A DNA stretch of 35,201 nt from Gemmatimonadota bacterium (GTDB lineage: Bacteria; Gemmatimonadota; Gemmatimonadetes; Palauibacterales; KS3-K002). Shown piece by piece: positions 1-8,003 of the stretch (its first letter is position 1; the number at the start of each line of letters is the position of its first letter). The notes under the pieces are model-generated. The model worked only from the letters and a program-made list of their open reading frames with translations. It was not told the DNA's origin and made no database searches. The stretch is taken from the NCBI GenBank assembly GCA_039586795.1, contig JBDHJS010000037.1, positions 1 to 35,201 on the forward strand. Reading direction: 5' to 3'. The translations under genes and the position numbers were made by a program.

Positions 1-730
1 CAGCTCCCGTTTCGAGATCATAGACGCCGCAGACGACATCGAGATCGATCGACATGACGTCGGTAAGGTACTTTCGAACGCTCGAGGCGGTCTGTGCAGC
101 GTTCAGCACAGTGGCCGTGCGGACCAACTCCTCGCGGTACCGTACATTATCTAGTTGCCCACCAACCCCGCTTTCGTCGAGTGCTGTAGCTGCCGCGCGC
201 ACCGAGACGAAGATTCGATCGAGAACCGCCCGCAGGTCGATCGCGGGTGCGATCTCTGGATACGCCGACGGCGTCAGGTAGGCATCGACGGCGCCCGTCA
301 CCGCGCCGCAACCCGTGTGGCCCAAGACAACGACTGTGCGCAACGTGTCACCCAAGTTATGCGCGGCAAAAGCCAGGCTGCCGGTACCTTCGGCAGACAC
401 GACATTCCCAGCTACCCTAACGGTGAACAGATCGTTGAACGCCTGGTGAAAGACGAGCTCCGGCGGCACCCGGGCGTCGGCGCACGAGAGGATCGCGGCG
501 AACGGTTTCTGGGGCGGCGCCACCGTAGCACCGGCTTCGGTGATGCCCAGCAGAGCGCCGTCGAGCGATATGACGTCCTGGGTTTCCGCACCCGGTTCGC
601 CCGCCCTGGCCCGCATGGCGATCGAGCGCGCGTTGCCATCGAGCAGCCGGGCGACAGCCTGGGTGGCGTCAGCTGGTCTTGCTTCGTGGCCCGCTTTGCC
701 GGGGTCGTAACGATAGATGATCTCGAACAT
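1..730 (-). CDS. Beta-class carbonic anhydrase (3' end runs off the window; absent from the ORF track)
   Basis: Manual translation from ATG at 730: MFEIIYRYDP...QKPFAAILSCADARVPPELVF...DLFTVRVAGN...VVVLGHTGCGAV...GVYDLETGA. It contains the beta-CA zinc motifs CxDxR and HxxC, the RVAGN motif and the C-terminal GxYDLxTG. The frame is open to the window edge. Confidence 0.92.
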   Translation of the reverse strand, partial: MFEIIYRYDPGKAGHEARPADATQAVARLLDGNARSIAMRARAGEPGAETQDVISLDGALLGITEAGATVAPPQKPFAAILSCADARVPPELVFHQAFNDLFTVRVAGNVVSAEGTGSLAFAAHNLGDTLRTVVVLGHTGCGAVTGAVDAYLTPSAYPEIAPAIDLRAVLDRIFVSVRAAATALDESGVGGQLDNVRYREELVRTATVLNAAQTASSVRKYLTDVMSIDLDVVCGVYDLETGA

Positions 731-762
731 AGTCTCTCATCGAGTCAGGTTGAGGTGGACAA

Positions 763-803
763 GAACCCACCCCTCCGTGTTGTGACCACGGAAGGGTGGG
801 TTC
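763..803 (-). terminator. Stem-loop after the VPS10/BNR gene (possible intrinsic terminator or mRNA-stabilising hairpin)
   Basis: gaacccacccctccgtg-ttgtgac-cacggaagggtgggttc is a near-perfect 17-bp inverted repeat just downstream of the stop at 820. The following U-tract is weak. Confidence 0.55.
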
Positions 804-819
804 AGTGTGAGGCAGTGTT

Positions 820-3800
820 CTACCCTCCGATACCCTCTATGGGCGGTGCCCCCGTCGCCTCGAGGGCGCTCTCGAGCTCCGGCATCACCTGCTCGGCGAA
901 CCGGTCGATTTCGCTCTGGAGCGCCGCCAGCTCGTTGCGGCCCGCCTGCAGCGTGCTGCGGTGCAGTTCGGTGGGCCCGTAGGTCGTACTGAGCCCGCGA
1001 AAGCCGATGAAGAAACGGTTTCCGGGCGCCGGAGGATCGCGTTCGCCGACTTCGTCCTTCGCCTCGCTTCCCTCCATGGCTTCCCGCAGCTGCAACAGCT
1101 CCAGGCGCGCCTCGTACAATCGGGCGGCGAGCTGCGGGTCATCATCCTCAGCCCGCTCGAGCGCCGTCTGCATCGCCTCCACCTTCTGGATCAATTCGGT
1201 CAAAAGGTTGTCAGCGCGCGCGAGGTCGTGCTGGAAGGCTCCCACCTCCTCGCGGAACGCGGTGATGACCTCGTTGGAGGCTCGTGGAAGCGCCCCTTCC
1301 CTGAGCGGCCGCACCTCGAACGATACGGGGCCGGCCAGCTCGCTCACCACACCCTCCTCGACTTTGACGAGGGTGGCGGTGTAGGTGCCGGGAAGCGCTG
1401 GAAAGCCGAAGCCGCCTCCCGGACTCTCGAGGCCGATCAGGCTCTTGGGCGCGTACCGGAAATCCCAGCTCACCCGGTGGAAGCCGGCGGACGTGGGTCC
1501 GCTGACGCGATTGACGACGTTACCCGCCATGTCCCGGACAACGATCTGGACTTCGGGACCTTGTTCACGCATCTCCTGCTCCAAGGCGTCCCAGCCGGGG
1601 AACGGGACATTCTCGCCCTCGCCGACGCCGCGCTCGCGCGCCTTCCGCGCCGCCTCCATCGACTTGTAGCCGTCACGCAGGTGGTAAGTGAACACAGCGC
1701 CGAATGGTGGGTTCTCCGCCTGGTAATCATCACTGCCCTCAGAATCCACCACGTCCCTCGGCACATACCAAAGCGCCGTCCGGATCGGGAAGAGGGCACC
1801 CTCGCGCCCCAGCATTTCCTCGCTCAGCTCACGCAGCGGTGTATAGTCGTCGAGGATGAAGATGCCGCGCCCGAACGAGCCGGCGACCAGATCCTGGTGG
1901 GTCCGCTGAATCACGATGTCGCGAATGGAGATGGTGGGCATCCCGCCTTCGAGCTTCATCCACTCGCTGCCGCCGTCGAGCGTGAAGAAGACCCCAAACT
2001 CCGTCGCGGCGAACATCAGATTCGGGTTCACGTGGTCCTGCACGACCCGCCACACCAGGTGTCGATCCGGCAGGTCGCCGGCGATGGAGCGCCAGGAGCG
2101 GCCGCGGTCCGTGCTCTTCACCAGATAGGGACTGAAGTCACCGTACTTGTGGTTGTCGAGGGCCATGTAGACGGTATTGGCGTCGAACAGATCGGCTTTG
2201 ATGTCGTTGACGAACGCCGTGCCCGGCACGCCGCGGATGTCACCGACCTCCATGCGGCGCCAGTTCGCTCCGCCGTCCTCGGTCACCTGCAGCAAACCGT
2301 CGTCGGTGCCGGCGTAGATCAGACCCTCAGCGAGGGGCGACTCGGCCAGCGACGTGATAGTGTTGTAGTTGGACATCGCTGAGATGTCCCAAGCATTGTC
2401 CCAACTCTGTTGCCGGCCCCCGATCGGGAGCGTGATCCGCTCTTGGCTCCGGGTCAGGTCGCCGGAGATGGGCGTCCAGCTGTCTCCCCGATCGTCCGTG
2501 CGCCACACGCGATACGAGGCAAAGTAGATCCGCTGCGGATTGTGCGGGCTGATCTCGATCGGCGCGTCCCAGTTATACCGCTCGAAGCCCTCGCCTTCTC
2601 GGGCCTGTGGCTGAATGAAGACCTGCTCACCGGTGATCCGATCCACCCGGTGCAGGCCGCCCTGCTGCGTCTCGGCGTAGATGATGTCGGGGTTGCCCGG
2701 CTCGGTGGCCGAGCCGTGGCCGTCCGCGCCCAGCGTCTTGAACCAGTCTGCGTTGCGAATGCCGTTGCCCGTATCCGTACGCGACGGGCCGCCGTTGGAT
2801 CCATTGTCTTGGGTGCCGCCGTAGACGAAGTAGAACGGCTCAGCATCGTCCACGGAGATCTTGTAGTACTGCATCACGGGGAGATTGCGGATGAACCGCC
2901 ACGTCTCCGTGCCGTCGTACGTCTCGTACAGACCGCCGTCGCTGCCGATCAGCAGGTAGTTCGGGTCGTCTTTCTGGAACGCGATCGCGTGGTCGTCCAC
3001 ATGCCTGCCCCGCACGTTCATCCGGCTGAACGTTGCGCCGTGGTCGTCGGAGACGAGCGACACGTTGCTCACCAGGTAGATTCGCCCGAACTGGTGCGGC
3101 GAGGCATAGAGCTCCTGGTAGTAGTGCGGCCCAGTGCCGCCGGAAACGCCATCGGACATTCGGGTCCACGACGCGCCGCGGTTCGTGGAGCGGTATAGAC
3201 CACCCGACCTGCGGTCGAGCTCGATAGCCGCGTAAACGATGTCGGGATTCTGCGGTGAGATGGCGAGCCCGATCTTCCCCATGTTGGAAGACGGTAAGCC
3301 GGACCTGAGCTCGGTCCACGTCTCGCCGCCATCGGTACTCTTGTGAAGGCCGGTGCCCGGGCCACCACCCATGTAGGCGGCTACGGTGCGATGGCGCTGC
3401 CAGGTGGCGGCGTAGAGGACGTCCGGGTTCCGGGGGTCCATGACGATGTCCGTCACACCCGTCCACTCGTCATCGCCCAGCACCTTGCGCCAGGTTTCGC
3501 CACCGTCGGTCGTCTTGTAGAGGCCGCGCTCGCCGCCAGACGACCAGAGTGGCCCCTGGGCCGAGACCCAGACGACGTCCGAGTTCTTCGGGTGCACCAG
3601 CATTGTCGAGATGTGCTCGGAGCTTCTGAGGCCTTTGTTCTGCCAGGTGCGGCCGCCGTCGGTGCTCTTGTACACGCCGTCGCCGTAGCCCACATGCCGG
3701 CCGCCCACATCTTCACCCGTGCCCACCCAAACCGTGGAGGGTTCGCTGGGATCGATGGCGAGCGAGCCGATTGAGTACGAGGATTGACCGTCGAAGATCG

Positions 3801-4056
3801 GCCGCCAGGTGGTGCCGGCGTTCTCGGTCTTCCACACGCCACCCGAGCCCACCGCCACGTACCACACGTTGCGGTTGTCGGGATGGATGGCGATGTCGGC
3901 GATGCGTCCGCCGTTGATCGCTGGCCCGATGTTGCGGAATGCGAGGGCCCCGAAGTTCGTCGCGCCCAGGCGCGAGTCGGATTCTTGCGCGCTGAGGGCA
4001 CCTGGAACTGTAAGCGCGGTCAGCAGCAGCACGATGCGGGGGATGTACATTTTCAT
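820..4056 (-). CDS. Secreted VPS10/sortilin-like BNR (Asp-box) repeat beta-propeller protein, glycosyl hydrolase-like
   Basis: 1078 aa with a signal peptide, FRNIGPAINGGRIADIA start, many S/TxDGGxTW Asp-boxes, GGTQDNG and RYNWDAPI motifs, and a C-terminal coiled-coil region. Confidence 0.9.
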   Translation of the reverse strand: MKMYIPRIVLLLTALTVPGALSAQESDSRLGATNFGALAFRNIGPAINGGRIADIAIHPDNRNVWYVAVGSGGVWKTENAGTTWRPIFDGQSSYSIGSLAIDPSEPSTVWVGTGEDVGGRHVGYGDGVYKSTDGGRTWQNKGLRSSEHISTMLVHPKNSDVVWVSAQGPLWSSGGERGLYKTTDGGETWRKVLGDDEWTGVTDIVMDPRNPDVLYAATWQRHRTVAAYMGGGPGTGLHKSTDGGETWTELRSGLPSSNMGKIGLAISPQNPDIVYAAIELDRRSGGLYRSTNRGASWTRMSDGVSGGTGPHYYQELYASPHQFGRIYLVSNVSLVSDDHGATFSRMNVRGRHVDDHAIAFQKDDPNYLLIGSDGGLYETYDGTETWRFIRNLPVMQYYKISVDDAEPFYFVYGGTQDNGSNGGPSRTDTGNGIRNADWFKTLGADGHGSATEPGNPDIIYAETQQGGLHRVDRITGEQVFIQPQAREGEGFERYNWDAPIEISPHNPQRIYFASYRVWRTDDRGDSWTPISGDLTRSQERITLPIGGRQQSWDNAWDISAMSNYNTITSLAESPLAEGLIYAGTDDGLLQVTEDGGANWRRMEVGDIRGVPGTAFVNDIKADLFDANTVYMALDNHKYGDFSPYLVKSTDRGRSWRSIAGDLPDRHLVWRVVQDHVNPNLMFAATEFGVFFTLDGGSEWMKLEGGMPTISIRDIVIQRTHQDLVAGSFGRGIFILDDYTPLRELSEEMLGREGALFPIRTALWYVPRDVVDSEGSDDYQAENPPFGAVFTYHLRDGYKSMEAARKARERGVGEGENVPFPGWDALEQEMREQGPEVQIVVRDMAGNVVNRVSGPTSAGFHRVSWDFRYAPKSLIGLESPGGGFGFPALPGTYTATLVKVEEGVVSELAGPVSFEVRPLREGALPRASNEVITAFREEVGAFQHDLARADNLLTELIQKVEAMQTALERAEDDDPQLAARLYEARLELLQLREAMEGSEAKDEVGERDPPAPGNRFFIGFRGLSTTYGPTELHRSTLQAGRNELAALQSEIDRFAEQVMPELESALEATGAPPIEGIGG

Positions 4057-4180
4057 GGCCTTCAGAAGGTTAGAAGTTCGGTAAGTGAACGCGAAGGTGA
4101 GAAACTACACGCGTGGTCGAGCGGGCACAAATCGCTGTCCGGAACGGCAATCCACTCGAAAGGCGCCAGGTGGTCCTAGG

Positions 4181-6799
4181 TCAGTTCCCCAACCGCTCCC
4201 GCAACTCCGCGAACCAATTCAGCACCACGAGGTACCGCGACGTTGCCGAGGATTCTGAAACACTCACGTTTGGAACCAGGACGATAAAGCGATCGCCCTC
4301 GGGGTGAAGATCCCAGCCCTGCCCCGTTTCGATAGCGAGCACAGGCTCCGGAGTGCCGACACGCACGCCTTGCTCGCGGATCACTTCGACGCCGAAGAGC
4401 GTGTCGACCCCGGAGGTCCGCCGCCAGAAGTAGAGCGTCCTGCCGTCGGGCGACCAGCGGGGCCACTCCCCGCCGCCGAACGAAACTCGCCACTCTCCTA
4501 CAGGCGTGGGAAAGTCGCGTAGCCAGACCTCCGTGGGCCCGGTCTTCACGGACGTGTGGGCGGCGATGGACCCGTCAGGAGACAGCGCGAAAGCGCTTTC
4601 GTCCCACGGCGCTTGCAGGTAGGGTTCAGGTTCAGAATCTCCCGAGAGGGAGTACATCATCAAGTCGTCGTTCCCCGCCTCGTCGGAGCCGAACACGATC
4701 AGCTCGTTTTCGAGCCAGGCCAGGGGCCACTGGTTCCCGGGCCGGCTCAATACCCTCTGGGCGGGGCCGCTGTTGTCCGCCGGCTTGACCCACAGATCTT
4801 CGGCGTCGCTCCCTTCCCCCTCGTTATTGAAGAGGATCCGTTCTCCGTCTGGAGACCACACCGGATCGTCGTTGTCCTCTTCGAACGTGATCTGCGTTCT
4901 CGAGTTCGTCACGAGATCGTACGTGTATAAGTCGTGGCCATCGTCGCTCGTAACCTCGAAAGCAATCGTGCGCCCGTCCGGTGAGAAGCTGGGATTTCGC
5001 ATCACCTCCGGTGGGAGACGAAGGGTGTCCGCTCCTCCTGCCATGTTCACGATCAGCAACAATTGACCGCTTCCTCCGCCGAACGCCTCACCCTCGAAGT
5101 GAACGAGCGTCCCGTTTCGCGACAGGGAGTACCCTCGTCGGAAATTCGTGGCCGCCACACGGTCGAGGACGCGTATCGGAGGGCCGCTGAGCCTATGGCT
5201 ACGCCTGTCGAACGGCGCGGCGAACAGGCCGCCAGCCTGGCCAACGTACAGCAGGGTGCCGGGATCGATGTACGTGGGGTGACGACCATCAGGCACGACC
5301 GTCCAGAAGGTGTCTGCGGAAAGGTCGCCGAAGGAGATGCCGCCCCCAAACCGGCTTACGAGAACGCCCGAACCATCCGGCAGCGACCAGGGAACGCCCC
5401 GTGGACCGTTGAGCACCTCGGCGGGACCGCCGGCGCTATTGACGCGGTAATGAAGGCCGCCCTGCAGCGAGAAGAAAACGATCGTTCCATCATCGCCCCA
5501 ATGAGGGAAGAACGGGTTGATCGTGTCAGTGTCGACAAGCGTCAGCGAGCCGCCGCCGGACACTGCCACTTTCATCAGTGCATTCTCGGAGATATTGCTG
5601 AACACGAGCCACTGACCATCGGGAGAGAAGCTGGGAAAAAGACCGTCTTCGGTGCCGGGCACCATCCGGAAGTCGGCCTCGCCCAGCCTGCGGACGTAGA
5701 TCGCCCGGGTTCCATCGACCGTACCCGCGAAGGCGAGCGCGGACCCGTCGGGTGAGATGATCACATCCTGATTCCCCTCGACGGAGACCGATCCAAGACT
5801 GAGATCGAGCCGGGTGACCGGCGCGTCAGGTGTTTGCCGTAACCAGCCCCACACGGTAGTGATCAACAACAGTGCCGCGAGCGCAGCTGCCGGCAGCGCC
5901 AAGCGTCGTCGCCAATCGGTGGCTGGTGCGCTGACGGCAGCCGACTGCGTCGTCGCCGTCGCGAACGCCGGATCGGCCAGCGCCTCCGCGAACCTGGCAG
6001 AGCTTTCGAAGCGGTCCGCCGGCAGCTTCGACAACGACTTCTCTACGGCGGCGGCCACGTTAGGCGGCACCGAACGGCGCAGTTTGGTGACGGACTGCGC
6101 CTCTTCCGTCACGATCTTCATGATGATCTGCTGCGCCGTAGAGCCGACATGCGGGGGATCACCTGCCAGCATCTCGTATAGCACGCAACCCAATGAGTAG
6201 ATATCGGACCGGTTGGTGATGTCCTTCTCCGCCGTCGCCTGCTCGGGGCTCATGTAGTGGGGCGTGCCAAGCGACAGTCCCGTCTCGGTCATCCGGCCGC
6301 CCGCCGCGGCGGAGACCGCCAGCGCGATCCCGAAATCCGCCACCATCGGCCGCCCGTCGTGCAGCAGAATGTTCTCCGGCTTGATGTCCCGGTGGATCAC
6401 CCCGTTTCGGTGGGCGTAGTCTAGCGCGTCTGCCACCTCGGTCGCGATCCTGGAAGCCTCATCGACGCTGAACTGTGTCTCACGGTCCAGCTTGTCGCGC
6501 AGCGTCTCCCCCTCGATGTAGGGCATGACGTAGTAGAGGAAGCCGTCGGCCGTGCCAGAATCATACAGCGGCAGGATGTGTGGATGCTGGAGCGCCGCCG
6601 TGGTCTTTATTTCCTGCACGAATCGCTCGGCGCCCAAAACCGCGGCGAGCTCGGGCTTCAGCACCTTGAGGGCGACCTTGCGCTCGTGTTTCACGTCGTG
6701 CGCGAGGTAGACCGTGGCCATTCCACCCGCGCCCAGCTCACGCTCGATGCGGTAACGGTCACTCAGGGCCGCGTTCAGGCGATCGATCCCTCCATTCAT
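4181..6799 (-). CDS. Hanks-type Ser/Thr protein kinase with TM helix and C-terminal TolB/PD40-like beta-propeller
   Basis: Kinase motifs LGAGGMATVY, VALKVL, HRDIKPEN, DFGIA and GTPHYMSPEQ; a TM segment near aa 300-320; repeated FSPDG/WSPDG PD40-like repeats. Confidence 0.95.
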   Translation of the reverse strand: MNGGIDRLNAALSDRYRIERELGAGGMATVYLAHDVKHERKVALKVLKPELAAVLGAERFVQEIKTTAALQHPHILPLYDSGTADGFLYYVMPYIEGETLRDKLDRETQFSVDEASRIATEVADALDYAHRNGVIHRDIKPENILLHDGRPMVADFGIALAVSAAAGGRMTETGLSLGTPHYMSPEQATAEKDITNRSDIYSLGCVLYEMLAGDPPHVGSTAQQIIMKIVTEEAQSVTKLRRSVPPNVAAAVEKSLSKLPADRFESSARFAEALADPAFATATTQSAAVSAPATDWRRRLALPAAALAALLLITTVWGWLRQTPDAPVTRLDLSLGSVSVEGNQDVIISPDGSALAFAGTVDGTRAIYVRRLGEADFRMVPGTEDGLFPSFSPDGQWLVFSNISENALMKVAVSGGGSLTLVDTDTINPFFPHWGDDGTIVFFSLQGGLHYRVNSAGGPAEVLNGPRGVPWSLPDGSGVLVSRFGGGISFGDLSADTFWTVVPDGRHPTYIDPGTLLYVGQAGGLFAAPFDRRSHRLSGPPIRVLDRVAATNFRRGYSLSRNGTLVHFEGEAFGGGSGQLLLIVNMAGGADTLRLPPEVMRNPSFSPDGRTIAFEVTSDDGHDLYTYDLVTNSRTQITFEEDNDDPVWSPDGERILFNNEGEGSDAEDLWVKPADNSGPAQRVLSRPGNQWPLAWLENELIVFGSDEAGNDDLMMYSLSGDSEPEPYLQAPWDESAFALSPDGSIAAHTSVKTGPTEVWLRDFPTPVGEWRVSFGGGEWPRWSPDGRTLYFWRRTSGVDTLFGVEVIREQGVRVGTPEPVLAIETGQGWDLHPEGDRFIVLVPNVSVSESSATSRYLVVLNWFAELRERLGN

Positions 6800-7105
6800 C
6801 CGAACGATTCCTGGAGGTTCTTCGAGAAGAAGCCAGTTGACGGGAGTACACGACGGGCGCGGCCGTCAGCGTAGCTCGGTTGGGGCATGCCTGCTGAGCT
6901 CCGTAGGGTAGAGGTCGGTGCCGCGGAGCGAACGCGTGGCTCGACCGCGGTGCACGAGACCCGGGAATATGCCCAATCCCCGGGTTTCCAGGCAAGCTCC
7001 ACAAGACCGAACTTCTGCCGCGCCTCAGATCTGATGTCACGCAAGGCGCTGATGATCCGCAACAAGTTCAAATCATGATAGAAAGCCGTACTAAATCCCT
7101 TGTAC

Positions 7106-7122
7106 GGATGCCCACGGCATCC
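7106..7122 (-). promoter_or_regulatory. Candidate bacterial SECIS element 2 (for UGA at 7137-7135), lying in the 3' UTR
   Basis: Minus strand GGAUGCC-GUG-GGCAUCC: a perfect 7-bp stem with a loop starting GU, beginning 12 nt after the UGA. No U-tract follows, so it is unlike an intrinsic terminator. Confidence 0.68.
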
Positions 7123-7128
7123 TGGCCT

Positions 7129-7536
7129 CTACCCTCAACCGTACCAGGGTTTCTCGTCCGGCTCTACCTGCAGGCCCTCCAACAGTTTGTTGAAACCGCT
7201 GAACAGGTCTACTACCGCCATCAGCTCGACGATACCCGCATCATCTAATCCCAGCTTCCGCACCGCGGAAGTGTGAACCTTGATTCAATACTCGCAGCCC
7301 ATGACTGCAGACACGGCTACGGCAATGATCTCCTTTGTCAGTCGATCGAGCTTTCCGGACTCGACCATCACGGCCTTGACCTTGTTCCAGTTCGCCTCGA
7401 GAAAGTCGGGCTTCGTCGCCATCGCCTTATACATGTTCGGCACGAAGTCGATGCCTAGGGAGTTCATGATCTCCTCATACACGTCTTTGACTTTGCCCTC
7501 AGCTTTTTGCTCAGAGATCAGTTCCACAGATGCCAT
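7129..7536 (-). CDS. AhpD/carboxymuconolactone-decarboxylase (CMD)-like peroxidase-related selenoprotein, 135 aa, with predicted Sec84 (CEYU) and Sec134 (YGUG-stop)
   Basis: SD GGGGAG precedes ATG 7536. KEIIAVAVSAVMGCEY-TGA(7287-7285)-IKVHTSAVRKLGLDDAGIVELMAVVDLFSGFNKLLEGLQVEPDEKPWYG-TGA(7137-7135)-GGG-TAG(7131-7129). The sequence after the first TGA completes the AhpD-like CxxCxxxH helix and fold. Both TGAs are followed by SECIS-like hairpins. Confidence 0.88.
7255..7271 (-). promoter_or_regulatory. Candidate bacterial SECIS element 1 (for UGA at 7287-7285)
   Basis: Minus strand CUUCCGC-GGU-GCGGAAG: a perfect 7-bp stem with a GGU loop, starting 13 nt after the UGA. Confidence 0.8.
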
Positions 7537-7680
7537 GTTACTCCCCCATCAATCTGTTTCTTAACTAGCAGAAACGACACGCATGTTGCGAACTTTGCAA
7601 CCGGCAGCCAGCGAGTGCCAGCAGCCGCGAGTACCCTTTACTCTAAGGCCATCGACTTATGAGACATGCGGCGTGCGGGA

Positions 7681-7710
7681 TTGACTGGTCACGACCGACG
7701 CCAGTATGGT
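7681..7710 (+). promoter_or_regulatory. Putative sigma70-type promoter for the small ORF at 7841
   Basis: TTGACT (7681-7686), an 18-nt spacer, then TATGGT (7705-7710) in the divergent intergenic region. Confidence 0.35.
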
Positions 7711-7840
7711 GTGCGAATCGCAAGCGACTGGACCTGCAACTCCCTCACTCTATCGTCATGGCCATGGGCATGCAACCGTTCGTGCCAATGAAGCCTCGCC
7801 CGGTAGAAGTCTCTTCAATCCTAGGATGGGAGAAACGATC

Positions 7841-7993
7841 ATGGAGACGATGTCCGCGACCATCGAGCGACACCATCGGAAGATCATCGCGGCGCTACTA
7901 TTTGTCATAGCGTTCTTTGTAGCGGCGTGCACGTTTCATGACATTCTTCCGATTTGTCACTTCCTCTTCGGATGTGACCACGGGATGCACTAG
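7841..7993 (+). CDS. Small single-TM protein (about 50 aa) with a His/Cys-rich C-terminus
   Basis: GGGAGA SD precedes ATG 7841 (alternative ATG 7850). METMSATIERHHRK-IIAALLFVIAFFVAA-CTFHDILPICHFLFGCDHGMH. The stop abuts the convergent gene end at 8004. Confidence 0.6.
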   Translation: METMSATIERHHRKIIAALLFVIAFFVAACTFHDILPICHFLFGCDHGMH

Positions 7994-8003
7994 CTCGCTC
8001 GGA

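Noticed and set aside
155..982. 275-aa plus-strand ORF and other long antisense ORFs (961-2382, 2410-3198, 21637-22440, 25774-26619, 26727-27542)
   Set aside because: These are shadow ORFs opposite well-supported genes in GC-rich DNA and have no recognisable motifs.
6796..7071. 91-aa ORF between the selenoprotein and kinase genes
   Set aside because: TTG start without an SD and no recognisable domain; the region is more likely UTR or promoter with several small hairpins.
7106..7122. Hairpin after the CMD gene read as a rho-independent terminator
   Set aside because: No U-rich tract follows, and its spacing and loop mirror the SECIS-like hairpin after the first UGA. It is disfavoured rather than fully excluded.
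7129..7290. Genome-wide reassignment of TGA (to Trp or Gly) as the explanation for the in-frame TGAs
   Set aside because: Many genes here end at natural C-termini with TGA, including ATGA and GTGA overlaps; Trp is encoded by TGG; and the first TGA aligns with a catalytic Cys position.
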